Shown one piece after another: positions 26,520 through 39,939 of a stretch of 64,000 nt of DNA (its first letter is position 1; each line of letters opens with the position of its first letter). The stretch covers positions 121,274,001-121,338,000 of the forward strand of contig NC_086097.1 in the NCBI RefSeq assembly GCF_963921235.1. The letters run 5' to 3'. Origin of the DNA: Mobula hypostoma (taxonomy: Eukaryota). The notes below the pieces were generated by a model. It was not told the DNA's origin. It saw nothing but the letters and a program-made list of their open reading frames with translations, and made no database searches. The position numbers and the translations under genes were made by a program.

Positions 26520-27200
26520 GCCTCAACTGTCTCCATGCCGAACACCATAAACTGATACTAAAAAAGAGGACAAACAGATATCAGTGCCAACCTCTGTGCC
26601 TCTGGCTGCAAAGAATATTGGACCAAGGAAGGACCATGCTGCCAGAGGAAATGTGTAAGTGAAGAAAGCAGTGGTCCAACCACAACAGTTTTTGTAGGAA
26701 ACATATCTGAGCAAGCTTCTGATATGTTAATCAGGCAGTTACTTTTTAGGCTGGAAGAGAGTTCATGGAGCGTCAGGAAAGTTGCAAGCATTCAGCTTTT
26801 GTGAGTAGAAAAGAATCAAAATCTACTCTGCATGCATAAAGTTTATTGCATGAACTTCAAGTAGGAGACAAAAAGCTGTGAGTAAGAGTAGATGCAAAGA
26901 TCAACACCCAGCTGGATGAACAGAGGGCCAAAAAGAAAGGAGCCAATGGAGACGCGAAAACAGAGGATTTGTCAGATGATGTTGTGGATGAGGAAACCAA
27001 GAGGAGAGATCAGATCATAAAGGGAGCAATAGAAGGATTAATAAGAAAATACTCCAGTGAAGTAAAGGGACCTCTCCAAGATCAAGATGCACAAACTAGT
27101 AAAAGGACAGAAGAGGTGGAGAGAAAGGTGTGAAACAGAAAAGGACACAGGAAAGAAAATGAAAGGAATCAAAGCAGATCCAGAGTGAGTAAAAAAAAGA
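26520..27200 (+). pseudogene. RBM25: Processed (intronless) RBM25 fragment covering the RRM and downstream region, degraded
   Basis: Translates as GPRKDH...SGPTTTVFVGNISEQASDMLIRQLL...WKRVHGASGKLQAF.FCE...LLHELQVGDKKL.VRVDAK...QLDE..AKKK...DEETKRRDQIIKGAIEGLIRKYSSE, which I recognise as vertebrate RBM25. Stops, frameshifts, no introns. Confidence 0.92.
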
Positions 27201-27512
27201 AGAACTTTCTGAACCATTTCCTGCAGTCTCTGACTCAACTCCTACAAGCACCACCAAGATTGTTTCACAGCCACAAGCCTCACCTTACCTGCCATGTACA
27301 GAGATCTACCTTCTCAGGAAATACTTTATCCTGCAAGAGTAAGAAATCCTCCACAGTGATTAAAACTTTAGGCCTCAATGAGACAATTTAAAATTTGGCT
27401 ATGCTGAGGATGTCTGTATTTTGTAATTGTATTATATAATATAGTTTATATAACTGAGATGCATTCTCTATTGAGTTGGAGTTTATAGCTAAGTAGAGAG
27501 GACTGTTATGTA

Positions 27513-28674
27513 ACATAGAAACATCGAAACATAGAAAGCCAACAGCACAATACAGGCCCTTCGGCCCACAAAGCTAGAAATTACCTAGAAATTACCGAGG
27601 GTTACCCATAGCCCTCTATTTTTCTGAGCTCCATGTACCTGTCCAGGAGTCTCTTAAGAGGCCCTTTCACATCCGCCTCCACCACCATCGCCGGCAGCCC
27701 ATTCCACACACTCACCACTCTCTGTGTGAAAAACTTACCCCTGACATCTCCTCTGTACCTACTTCCAAGCACCTTAAAACTGTGCCCTCTTGTGCTAGCC
27801 ATTTCAGCCCGGGAAGAAAGCTTCTGATTATCCACACGATCAATGCCTCTCATCATCTTATATACCTCTTTAGGTCACCTCTCCTCCTCCGTCACTCCAA
27901 GGAAAAAAGGCTGAGTTCACTCAACCTATTCTCATAAGGCATGCTCCCCAATCCAGGCAACATCCTTGTAAATCTCCTCTGCACCCTTTCTATGGTTTCC
28001 ACATCCTTCCTTTAGTGATGCGACTAGAATTGAGCACCAGTACTCCAAGCGGGGTCTGACCAGGGCCCCATATAGCTGCAATATTACCTCTTGGCTCCTA
28101 AACTCAATCCCACGATTGATGAAGGCCAAAGCAGCAGTAGTAATGTCAACCTGCACAGCAGCGCTGAGTGTCCTATGGACTCAGACCCCAAGATCACTCT
28201 GATCCTCCACACTGTCTTACCATTAATACTATATTCTGATATGAACCACCTCCCACTTATTTGGGTTGAACTCCATCTGCCACTTCTCAGCCCAGTTTTG
28301 CATCCTATCAATGTCCCACTGTTACCTCTGATATCCCTCCACACTATCCACAACACCCCCAACCTTTGCGTCATCACCAAATTTTCTAACCCATCCCTCC
28401 ACTTCTTCATCCAGATCATTTATAAAAATCACGAAGAGTAGGGGTCCCAGAACAGATCCCTCAGGCACACTATTGGTCACCGGCCTCCATGCAGAATATG
28501 ACCCGTCTACAACCACTCTTTGCATTCTGTGGGCAAGCCAGTTCTGGATCCACAAAGCAATGTCTCCTTGGATCCCATGTCTCTTTACTTTCTCAATAAT
28601 CCTTGCATGGTGTACCTTGTCAAATGCCTTGCTGAAATCCAAATACACTACATCTATTGTTCTACCTTCATCAA
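27513..28674 (-). mobile_element. CR1 LINE inserted into the Gypsy 3' LTR
   Basis: RT ORFs 28322-28648 and 27602-27856; (tatgtttc)n tail. Confidence 0.9.
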
Positions 28675-31128
28675 TTTAATATTTCACTAATATTTGAGTA
28701 ATCTTGTACATATATTGATAGATTAAGCATTCATCTAAATAATTTATTATGAATTATATGTATAAATACGTGAATGGCATACATTATCACGCTACCACAT
28801 AATACGTGCACACCTCACTTAAAGTAAACGTGAAGTTAGACTCACATTTCAGACTCCCGTGTTTTCCCTTGAATTAGTTTAATGTTTTGAAGTTACAAAA
28901 TATAACAAGAGAGTGGCTACAGATGGTATGGATCTTTGAGAGTAGCTTGCGACTCATGGTGTGCTGCAGGGACCAGTGCTGGGTCCGTTGTTGTTTGGCA
29001 TCCCTATCAACGATCTGGATGATAATGTGGTTAACTGAATCAGCAAGTTTGTGGAATAACACCAACAATGGGGGTGCAGTGGACAGCAAGGCAGATTAAC
29101 AGAGCTTGCATTCAAATCTGTACCAGCTGGAAAAATGGGCTGATTAGTGGCAGATAGAATTTAATACAGACAAGTGAGAAATTGCACCAGGGTGGGTGTC
29201 AAATGGTGGGCGGTAGGGCACTGAGGATTGTAGTAAAACAAAGGGATCTGGGAATACTGATCCATAGTTCCCTGAAAATGGTGTCACAGGTAGATAAGGT
29301 CGTAAAGAAAACCTTTAGCACATTGGCCTTCATAAATCAATGAATTGAGTACAGGAGTTGGGATGTTCTTTTGAACTTGTAAAAGATGCTCATGAGGCCT
29401 AATTTGGAGTATTGTGTGCCATTTTCATCACCTGTTACAGGCAAGATGTAAATAAGATTGAAAGAGCACGGAGGAAATTTACAAGTGTATTTCTGGGACC
29501 TGAGAACCTGAGTTATTGGGAAAGGTTGAACAGTCTAGGACTTCGTTCCCTAGGGTGTAGAGGAACGACAGGAGATTTTACAGAGGTAGATAAAATTATT
29601 GAGATGTAGAGTCTTTGAAAGTTACACCCTTTGGCCCACCTCGTTCATGCTGAGCCATTTAAACTCCGTGATTTTTAAACTATTCAATATAACTATACTG
29701 TAATTAATTATTTTTTTTTCTCTATATTGTGTATTGCATTGAACTGCTGCTGCTAATTTAACAAATTTCACATCACATGTTAATGATAACAAACCTGATT
29801 CTGATTCTGATACTCCCATCGACCTGCACCTGGAACACAGCCCTCTATGCCTCTACCATCCATGTACCCATCCAAACTTCTCTTAAATGTTGAAATTGAG
29901 CTCGCATACATCACTTGTGCAGGCAGCCGATTCCACTCTCACACAGTACTCTGAGCAAAGAAGTTTCCCCCATGTTCTCCTTAAAATTTTCACCTTTCAC
30001 CCTTAACCCATGACCTCTAGTTGTTGTCCCACCCAATCTCAGTGGTAAATGCATGTTTGCATTTGCGCTGTCTACACCCTTCATCATTTTGTATTACCTC
30101 TATCAAATCTCCTCTCAATCTTCTATGTTCCAAGGAGTAAAGCCCTAACTGATTCAATCTTTCCATATAAAGCCCCGGCAACATCCTTGTAAATTTTCTC
30201 TGTACTCTTTCTACCTTATTTACATCTTTCCTGGAGGTAGGTGAACAAAACTGCACACCTACCTACAGGAAAGATGCAAATAAGATTGAAAGAATACAGA
30301 GAAAACTTACAAGGATGTTGCCGGGGAGTTATATGGAAAGATTGAATAGATTAGGACCTTATGAGGGTTATAAATAAAAGCAGTCTTTTTTGACTGAGGT
30401 TGCGTGAGACCAGAGCTAGAGGTCATGAGTTCAGGGTGAAAGGTGAAATGTTGAAAGGGAGCATGAGAGAGAACTTCTTCACTCAGAGGGGGGTGAGAGG
30501 GTGCTGAGATACTGCAGAAGTGGTGGATGCGGGTTTGATTTCAACATTTAAGAGAAGTTTGGTTAAATAAATGAAAGGGAGGTGTGTGAAAGGCTACGGT
30601 CCAGATGAGGGTCAATGGGACTGGACGGGTTAATAGGCAGCATTAGATGAGCCAAAGGTCCTGTTTCTGTGCTCTAGTGTTCTATGACTCTATGACTGTT
30701 CTAACAAATTGAATAAATTTCATGTTAAATTATATCAGGATTAGTTTTGCTTGTTACTTTCAGTACTTTTGAACAAATATTTGGAATCCTTGGTGATTAA
30801 TAAATGCCCAAAAAGGATTCACATATTGATTGATTGCAAACATAAAATATTCAGTGGTAAGTGCACTTTGCAGTTTGTTACCAATTAGCAGAGAACAGCA
30901 AGTCTGAAAGGTCAATCTTTGGTCTGTGTTGGATTGGTCAAAATCCACTAATATCCATCAAGGAAAGCAATTTGCCACGCTGAAACAAAACACGACACCG
31001 TTAGCTCTCAGTTGCCCTTTGAAAAGGCAGAGTAAACACATATTTGTATCAAAAATGTTATCAAGTTTCAAAGCTCTGAGTTTAAATTAATTATCATGGT
31101 ATGTATACCGAGTAAACCGTGATATTAA

Positions 31129-31540
31129 ACATAGAAACATAGAAAATAGGTGCAGGAGTAGGCCATTCGGCCCTTTGAGCCTGCACCACCATTCAGTATG
31201 ATCATGGCTGATCATCCAGCTCAGAACCCTGTACCAGCCTTCCCTCCATACCCCCTGATCCCTTCAGCCACAAGGGCCATATCTAACTCCCCCTTAAATA
31301 TAGCCAATGAACTGGTCTCAACTGTTTCCTGTGGCAGAGAATTCCACAGATTCACCACTCTCTGTGTGAAGAGGTTTTTCCTCATTTCGGTCCTAAAAGG
31401 CTTCCCCTTTATCCTCAAACTGTGACCCCTCGTTCTGGACTTCCCCAACATTGGGAACAATCTTCCTGCATCTAGCCTGTCCAATCCCTTTAGAATTTTA
31501 TACGTTTCAATAAGATCCCCCCTCAATCTTCTAAATTCCA
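31129..31540 (-). mobile_element. Young CR1 3' end
   Basis: ORF 31221-31541; tail aaacatag repeats. Confidence 0.9.
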
Positions 31541-32789
31541 ATATTCATCCTCATGCAGGCACCCACAAAACAGAAACACAATAGCATCCAGGAAAAACCA
31601 CACACAACAAAGACTTAAAAACATCTGATGAGCAAAAGAGGACAAATCGTGCAAATAGTAAAAAGAAATAAACAAATAACGCAGAGAATGGAATGGAGCA
31701 GTTCTAAGCAAACACTCAAATTCAAAGATGAGAGAAATGGATAGAGTGCACAGTCAGAGACTTATTCCCAGGGCAGAAATGGCTAATGCAAGTAGGCTTA
31801 ATTTTAAGGTGATTGGAAGAAGGCATAGGGGGATGTCAGAGTTAAGATTTTTTACACAGGTACTAGTGGGTGCATGGAATGCACTGCCAGGGGTGGTTTA
31901 GGTACACTGAAAAAACTCTTAGATAGGCACATGGATGATAGAATAATGGAGGTTTATGTAGGACGGAGGGGTTAGATAGATCTCAGAGCAGGTTAAAAAG
32001 TCACCACAACTTCATGGGCTGAAGGTCCTGTACTGTTCTGTATCTCTATGTTATAATGGGGGAGTGGGGAGGGGGCAAAGGGGTTTGTTTTGCTGCTTTT
32101 GAGTCCTGATGAAGAATCTTGGTCTGAAACATCAGCTCTTTATGACTTCCTATAGACGCTGTGTTCATCCAGCATTTTGTGTGTGCATTATTTTGGATTT
32201 CCGGCATCTGCAGAACCATTTGTGTTTATGGCTTGTTTTGGTCTTCTTGTTTTGTTTTGATCTGTTCTTGTTGCTGCAGCTGTGTTGTTCCTTGTTGTGT
32301 GTTGTGTTGAATAGTGTGTGCATGCTACATTGGTGCTAGTGGGTGTGACGATACTTGCTGGCTGCCTCCAGCATATCCTTCAGTTGCGTTGGTTGTTAAT
32401 GCATACAACATAATTTACTGTGTGTTTCGATGTGCATGTGATAAGTAAATCTGAACGTGAATCCATCGTCCCAACAGTAATGAACCCTAAATGCTGGTCT
32501 TACAGAAATGGGATGGCCAAGGAGGGAGAAAATAGATAACAAACTTATTTCTGCTTCCTGCTGGATGACATATAATTGGTGTGTGTACGTGTGGGAGGGG
32601 GTCAGTGGAGGTCTTTGATGGAGGACTGTGATGCATTCTACTAGGCTTCTCCTTCCCTTTGTGAATGCAGAGCCTATGAAAAATCATGCATAAGGGTCTG
32701 TGGTGCATAGCGTCCCAGGTGAAATTCTTGGAGTCTGCAAATCTTTTAAAAAGGAGTAACAAGAAAAACAATAAGGGTTCATATCAAAT

Positions 32790-33238
32790 CATAAACACAA
32801 GAGATTCTGCAGATGCTGGAAATCCAAAGCAACACAAACAAAATGCTGGAAGAAATCAGCCAGTCAGGCAGCATCTATGGAATTGCATAAACAGTCAACA
32901 TTTCAGGCCGAGACCCTTCCTCAGGACTGAAAAGAAAAGGGGAAGATGCCAGACAAAGAGAAAGGGCTGGAGAAGAAGGAATCTGATAGAAGAAAGAGAA
33001 GGAGGAGGGAACGAGGTAGACGTGATAGTCAGGTGAAAAGAGTTAAGAGGCCAGAGTGGGGAATAGAAGAGGAGAGGGGAAGGGATTTTTTTTATTTCAG
33101 TAGGAGAAATCAATGTTCAAGCCATCAGGTTGGAGTCTACCCAGACGGAATATAAGTTATTGCTCCTCCATTCTGAGGGTGGCCTCATCTTGGCACAAGA
33201 GGAGGCCGTGGACAACATGTCAGAACGGGAATAGGAAT
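32790..33238 (-). mobile_element. Penelope-like 3' fragment with hammerhead-like motif
   Basis: cagtcaacatttcaggccgagacccttcctcaggactg (about 32892-32929) plus GIY-YIG C-terminal remnant; an opposite-strand copy lies at about 32100-32230. Confidence 0.75.
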
Positions 33239-33445
33239 TGGCATGGTGGCATAGCGGTTAGCTTAACGCTATTACAGCTCCAGCAACTTGGGTTCCATTC
33301 AACCGCTGTCTGTAGTGACTTTGTGCAGTCGCCCTGTGACCACGTGGATTCCTTCCGGGTTAATTAATCACATGGGTGTAATTGGGTGGCACAGACGCAT
33401 TAGGCTGGAAGGACATGTTACTGTGCTGTATCTCTAAATAACAAC
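33239..33445 (+). mobile_element. tRNA-derived V-SINE/HE1-like SINE
   Basis: A box tggcatagcgg, B-box-like gggttccattc, V-domain-like ccctgtgaccacgtgg. Confidence 0.6.
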
Positions 33446-34869
33446 CAGTGAATAATATTCTCTAATGCAGTGAAGAGACTATCTTATACCAACCTGTTTC
33501 CCAATTTACATAATTGCCCACTAATTCCTCCGAATGCCACGTACCATGAACATTGTAACTACTCAAGCACACTTACCAGTATGAAAGCAAGAGAACACGT
33601 ACGAGTCATCAGCTATTTATACCCGGATAGACACTTATAGAGCAGAATAAGCCCCCCACACACACAGAGCCATCTGTCAGATTCAGCAGTATAATAAACT
33701 GCTATGGCACTATTTCCTGAAATCTCCCACCTTTTGCATTATTACAATAATGTGAATGGACAAATGTTGAGGAAATTATACATTAAGTTGGACTTTTCCA
33801 ATTATGGATGTAAAGTTATTGAAGATTAACATTATTTGTCACAGGTGCATCGAAAGATTGAAACATTGCAAAATGTGTCATTTTGCATTGATAACCAACA
33901 TCTAGATTTGTGCTGGGGCAGCCCACAAGTGATGCCATGCTTCTGGCACCAACATAGCATGCCCACAACGCGGAAACCCTAACAGTACGTGCTTGTTCTT
34001 GCAATACGCATCCTGTGCACCATCAATCTTCTAGCCCTTTCACACGGGGACTTGTGCCAATATTATTTTGTGACTGTATCAAAGCGATGTGTGTAGTATG
34101 CTGTGTGTGACTGTATGTACTGTGTTTGCACCTTGGTTCTGGAGAAATGAAGTTTTGTTAAGCTCTATAGATGTGTATGGTTGAATAATAATTAAACTTG
34201 AACTTGTATATCTTTGGAAAGTGCAAGGACGCTAGAGCACTCAGAGGAGACACAAGTGACACTGGTAAAACGTACAAACTACTTGCAGGCAGCGGTGGGA
34301 ATTGAAACAACGAGCACTGTAAAGTGTTGTGCTAACTGCTACGCTTCTCTGCGTATTTCGACACCAGTGTAAACATAACGACTAACAGGTGGAAGCAAGA
34401 GAACAGTTTGTATCTTCAAAAATATTAAGTTGTTCCAAGTTTGCCAAGAGTCTTCGAAAGCATTTATTACAAGGTTGTATCAATGTTGAATTATACTATC
34501 TATAGTTATAGGCAATAAAAGGCATTGCACAGTTGTTTCCATGGAGTACATCTCAGCATTTCAATCAAATGCATTAATTGATAACCTTTAAAGGTAGCTC
34601 CCTTAATTGCAATCTTTGCCATTGCACTTTTCATTACCAGGTTATTGCTAATAAGGTGCACTATGCGATGCATTAAAAGTATGGCCTTAATTAGCCAGCT
34701 ATAAACATAATGGCCGAAAGCCGATTCATTTATTTTCGAATTTACTACTTCTTCGGCATAAGTTAGATGAAAGACTGAGTCTTGTGTAATGTTTTCACTT
34801 GGTATCACGGTACTTGCATTACTGGATCCACTTCTGGATTGTTTAGAAAAATGTACAAACATAAATTAT

Positions 34870-35148
34870 CTTATTTTATTCAGAGATACAGTGTGGAACT
34901 GGCCCTTCCGGCAATTGAGACACACCACCTAACTACCCACTTATTTAACCCTCGCCCCAACGCAGGACAATTTACAATGACTAGTTAACCTACCAACCGG
35001 AATATCTTTGGTATGTGGGACAAAAGCAGAACACCTGGAGGAAACCTACGCCGCCACGGGGAGAACAGACAAACTCCTTACAGACGGTAGAGGGATTGAA
35101 CTCTCAACTCCGGAACACCCAGAGCAGTAATAGCGTTGTGCTAACTGC
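34870..35148 (-). mobile_element. V-SINE/HE1-like SINE
   Basis: cctggaggaaacc...cacggggagaac...aaactccttacagac core in reverse orientation. Confidence 0.65.
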
Positions 35149-35584
35149 TTGTTGCGGATTCACAGATTTGCGAAGTGGGACCAAAACCTTGATTGCAAGT
35201 AAAAACATTAAATGTTTATTTGCAAACAATCAGTGAAATGCTCGAGCAAGCATCTAAATCAAACAAGTACTTAGCTCAGCCCCCTAAGTTACAAGCCTAT
35301 AACACTAAACATTCAGTAACATTTCTATCTCAACAGGCACTTGGTTAAATTGCCCTCCAAGTTACAGCTGCTCTTTTGGCCTCATCATAATTGGGATCAC
35401 ACCTTGAGCCTCTGCCCATTTTGTAACATCGTCCATCCCTAAGTGTCCATTCCTCTGGTGTGCAGACCACCAGGCAACTGTGGTCATCCTCCTTAGAATG
35501 CACTCTGGCCATCCTGATCAGTCTTGATAAAAGGTTTCAGCCCAAAAGATTGACTGTTTACTCTTTTCCATTGATGCTGTCTGG

Positions 35585-38500
35585 TCCGCATTAAATATAC
35601 TCAATGGCTTGACCTTCTCAGCTGTCCGTGGCAATGAATTCCAAAGGTTCACCACCCTCTGGCTGAAGAAATTCTCTCTCAGCTCTGTTCTAACTGATGT
35701 CCCTCTATTCTGAAGGTGTGCCCTCTGGTCTTAGACTCACTCACAAGAGGATACATCCTCTCTATATCTATTCTATCTAGGCCTTTCAATATTTGATAGG
35801 TTTCAATGAGATCCCCCTTCATTCTTCTAAAGTCCAGTGAGTACAGGTCCTGAGCCATCAAACGCTCCTCATATGTTAACCCTCTCCTTCCCAGAATCAT
35901 TCCGGTAAATCTCCTCTGGATGCTCTCCACTGCCAGCACATCTTTCCTCAGAAAAGGAGCCCAAAACACCTCATAATACTCCAAGTAATACAGCTCCTCT
36001 CCCCTCCCCCCATTGGGAAGGTCAGATCACAACCTGGTGCATCTCAAACCCTGCTACGTGCCTCTGGTGAAGAGTAAACCTGCAACCTCGAGGACAGTGA
36101 GGAAATGGTCGGAGGAGGCTTATGAGGCGCTCCAGGGTTGTTTTGAGGTGACAGACTGGCAGGCACTCTGTGAGCCACATGGAGAGGATATTGATGGGCT
36201 CACAGAGTGCATCGCTGGTTACATCAACTTCTGTGTGGACTGCAATGTTCTGACAAGAACTGTCCTTTGTTATTCAAATAACAAGCCATAGGTAACAAAG
36301 GACATTAAGGACATCCTGAACGCTAAAAAGAGGGCATTTAGAGATGGAAATAGGGAGGAGCTGAGGGCAATACAGAGGGACCTGAAAGCCAGGATCAGGG
36401 AGGCTAAGGACAGGTATAGGAGGAAACTTGAGTGAAAACTCCAGCAGAACAGCATGAGAGAGGTCTGGAGTGGGATGAGGACCATCACTGGGTTCCGGCA
36501 AACTAGCAACAGAGGAGCTGAAGGCAGAGTGGACAGGGCCAACGAACTTAACCTGTTCTTTAACAGATTTGTCACAGTGGCCCCTGCCACTCCCCCACAT
36601 GATTCATCTGTTGTCGGCTCCCAACCAACACATATTCCACTCTCCCCTCCTACCCCTCCTCACAGTCCCCCACCCTGCTTTCATGACTATACCCCTTCCC
36701 TACATGAAACCACCATGGTGGGCTTCACAGCTGAACAGGTGAGAAGACAGTTGAAACGTCGCCACCCAAGCAAGGCTGCAGGCCCGGATGGTGTCAGTAC
36801 CAGGGTGCTCAAAGCCTGTGCCCCTCAGCTATGTGGAGTACTTTGCCAAGTCTTCAGACCTCAGAGGGTTCCTGTGCTGTGGAAGACGTCCTGCCTCGTC
36901 CCTGTGCCGAAGACGCCGCGCCCCAGCGGCCTCAATGACTACAGACCGGTGGCATTGACCTCCCACATCGTGAAGGCCCTGGAGAGACTTGTTCTGGAGC
37001 TGCTCTGGCCTATGGTCAGGCCACACTTAGATCCCCTCCAGTTCGCCTACCAGTCCCAACTAGGAGTTGAGGATGCCATCGTCTTCCTGCTGAACCGTGT
37101 CTACGCACACCTGGACAAGCCAGCGAGCACTGTGAGGGTCATGTTTTTTGACTTCTCCAGTGCGTTCAACACCATCCGCCCTGCTCTGCTGGGGGAGAAG
37201 CTGACAGCAATGCAGGTGGATGCTTCCCTGGTATCATGGATTCTTGATTACCTGACTGGCAGACCACAGTATGTGTGCTTGCAACACTGTGTGTCTGACA
37301 GAGTGATCAGCAGCACTGGGGCTCCACAGGGGACTGTCTTGTCTCCTTTTCTCTTCACCATTTACACCTCGGACTTCAACTACTGCACAGAGTTTTGTCA
37401 TCTTCAGAAGTTTACTGATGACTCTGCCATAGTTGGATACATCAGCAAGGGAGATAAGGCTCAGTACAGGGATACGGTAGGAAAATTTGTCACATGGTGT
37501 GAGCAGAATTATCTGCAGCTTAATGTGAAAAAGACTAAGGAGCTGGTGGTAGACCTGAGGAGGGCTAAGGCACCGGTGACCCCTGTTTCCATCCAGGGGG
37601 TCAGTGTGGACATGGTGGAGGATTACAAATACCTGGGGATACGAATTGACAATAAACTGGACTGGTCAAAGAACACTGAGGCTGTCTACAAGAAGGGTCA
37701 GAGCAGTCTCTGTTTCCTGAGGAGACTGAGGTCCTTTAACATCTGTCGGACGATGCTGAGGATGTTCTACGAGTCTGTGGTGGCCAGTGCTATCATGTTT
37801 GCTGTTGTGTGCTGGGGCAGCAGGCTGAGGGTAGCAGACACCAACAGAATCAACAAACTCACTCGTAAGGCCAGTGATGTTGTGGGGATGGAACTGGACT
37901 CTCTCACGGTGGTGTCTGAAAAGAGGATGCTGTCCAAGTTGCATGCCATCTTGGACGATGTCTCCCATCCACTACAAAATGTACTGGTAGGGCACAGGAG
38001 TACATTCAGCCAGAGACTCATTCCACCGAGATGCAACACAGAGCGTCATAGGAAGTCATTCCTGCCTGTGGCCATCAAACTTTACAACTCCTCCCTTGGA
38101 GGGTCAGACACCCTGAGCCAATAGGCTGGTCCTGGACTTATTTCCTGGCATAATTTACATATTACTATTTAATTATTTATGGTTTTATATTGCTATTTAT
38201 ACTCTATTCTTGGTTGGTGCAATTAACGAAAAACAGTTTCTCTCGGGATCAATAAAGTATGACTATGACTATAAGTGCAGTCTGACCAATGCCTTATAAA
38301 GTCTCAGTATCACATCCTTGCTCTTATAGTCTAGTCCTCTAGAAATGAGTGCTAACACTACATTTGTATTCCTTTCCACTGACTCAAAACCAGCAAGTTA
38401 ACCTCTAGGGAATCTTGCACAAGGAGTCCATGTCCCTTTGCATGTCTGACTTTTGAATTTCGTCCGCAATTAGAGAATAGTCTACGCCTTTATTCCTTAT

Positions 38501-39920
38501 ACTAATGTGCATGACCCTACTCCTCCATGTACTATATTCCATTTACCACTCCTTTGCCCATTCCCCAATCTGTCTAAGTTCTTCTGCAGACTCCCTGCTT
38601 CCTCAATACTCTATGTCCCCCCAACTATCATTGTATCATCTGCAAACTTGGCTACAAAGCCATTAATTCCATCATCCTAATCGTTGACATATAAAGTAAC
38701 ATGAAAAAAAGTGGACCCAATACTGACCCCTGTGGAACACAGCTAGGCACAAGCAGCCAACCAGAGTAGGCCCCCTTTATTCCAACTCATTGCCTCCTGC
38801 TAGTCAACTAATCCTCTATCTATGCCATTATCTTTCCTGGAATATCATGGGCTCTTATTTTGTTAAGCAGCATCAGGTGCTGCACTTTGTCAAAGGCCTT
38901 CTGAGAATCCAAATAAATAATATTTACTGACTCTCCTTTGTTTATTCTGCCCGTTATGTTCTCAAATAATTCCAACAGATTTGTCAGGCAAGAATTCCCC
39001 TTAAGGAAACCATGTTGACTTTGGCCTACTTTATTATGCACCTCCAAGTACCCCAAAACCTCATCCTTAACGATGAACTTCAACATCTTTCCAATCACTG
39101 AAGTCAGGCTAACTGGCCTAGAATTTCCTTTCTTCTGCCTCCCTCCCTCCTTAAAGAGTGGAGTGATATTTACAATTTTCCAGTCCTCCAGAACCATTCC
39201 AGAATATAGTGATTCTTGAAAGATCACTCCTAATGTCTCCACAATCTCTTTAGCCACCTCTTTCAGGTGGGATGTAGGCCATCTGGTTCAGTGACTTATT
39301 CATCCTTTCAAATTCTCCTTAGTAATAGCAGCTACACTCTCTTCAGCCCCCTGAAACTCTCACTTTTCTGGCATACTGCTAGTGTCTTCCACTTTGAAGA
39401 CTGATGCAAAATATTAAGTTCTTTGTCCCTCACAACTACCTCTCCAGCGTCATGTTCCAGCGGTCCAATATCCACTCTCATCTCTGTTTTACTCTTTATA
39501 TATCTGAAAATACTTTTGGAATCCTCTAATATTATTGGCTTGCTTACTTTCATATTTCATCTGTTCTCTCCTTATGGCTTTTTAGTTGCTTTTTGTTGGT
39601 TTTTAAAAGCTTCCTGATCCTCTAACTTCTCATTAATTTTTGCTATATTATATGTCCACTTTTTTGCTTTCATGTCCTCTTTCACTTCCCTTGTTAGCTA
39701 CAGTTGTCTCATCCTCCCTTTAGAATATTTCTTCATCATTGGGATGTATCTATCCTGTGCCTTCAAAATTGCCTCCAGAAATGTCCAGCCATTTGTGTTC
39801 TGCTGTCATCCCTACTAATGTCCCCTTCCAATCAACTTTAGACAGCTTCTCTCTTGTGCTTTTGTAATTCTCTTTACTCCACTGTAATATCGATAGATCA
39901 GACTTTACCTTCTTCTCAAA
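35585..39920 (-). mobile_element. CR1 LINE split by Rex1 insertion
   Basis: ORFs 35679-35984, 38820-39257, 39332-39553. aatactccaagt|gcagtctgacc rejoins across the insertion. Confidence 0.85.
35987..38272 (+). mobile_element. Young 5'-truncated Rex1/Babar LINE with 556-aa RT ORF (36454-38124)
   Basis: KAAGPDGV, NDYRPVALTS, LDPLQFAY, FFDFSSAFNTI, GAPQGTVLSP, FTDD; endonuclease tail SDHNLV; 3' aataaagtatgactatgactat; aagt duplicated at the junctions. Confidence 0.95.
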
Positions 39921-39939
39921 CTATATTGACTCTAACAGG

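Larger units (their letters stand above)
24861..28907 (+). mobile_element. Two-LTR Gypsy element, non-autonomous, carrying a host RBM25 fragment
   Basis: 5' LTR 24861-25126; PBS tggtgatgagg (CpG-decayed TGGCGACGAGG); gag (LRD.LVCGI, CYHCGR knuckle); protease MELDT; PPT; 3' LTR 27504-28907 split by CR1; flanks aaag/agag. Confidence 0.9.
23000..30697 (+). mobile_element. Long degraded CR1 LINE (endonuclease to 3' tail), split by the Gypsy-RBM25 element and a minus-strand CR1 (about 29620-30257)
   Basis: APE motifs (YFNARSI, GDFNFP) at about 23210-23640 and RT ORF 24176-24730. The sequence resumes at 28908 and ends in a (ctatga) tail at about 30697. Confidence 0.8.

Noticed and set aside
26520..27200. 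Functional RBM25 gene
   Set aside because: Partial, intronless, with stops, frameshifts and a deletion in the RRM, and enclosed by LTRs.
34506..34862. 118-aa minus-strand ORF
   Set aside because: No recognisable domain or clear splice structure; composition looks non-coding.
35150..35428. Possible short solo LTR (tgttgc...gtaaca)
   Set aside because: No matching TSD and no second copy in the window.
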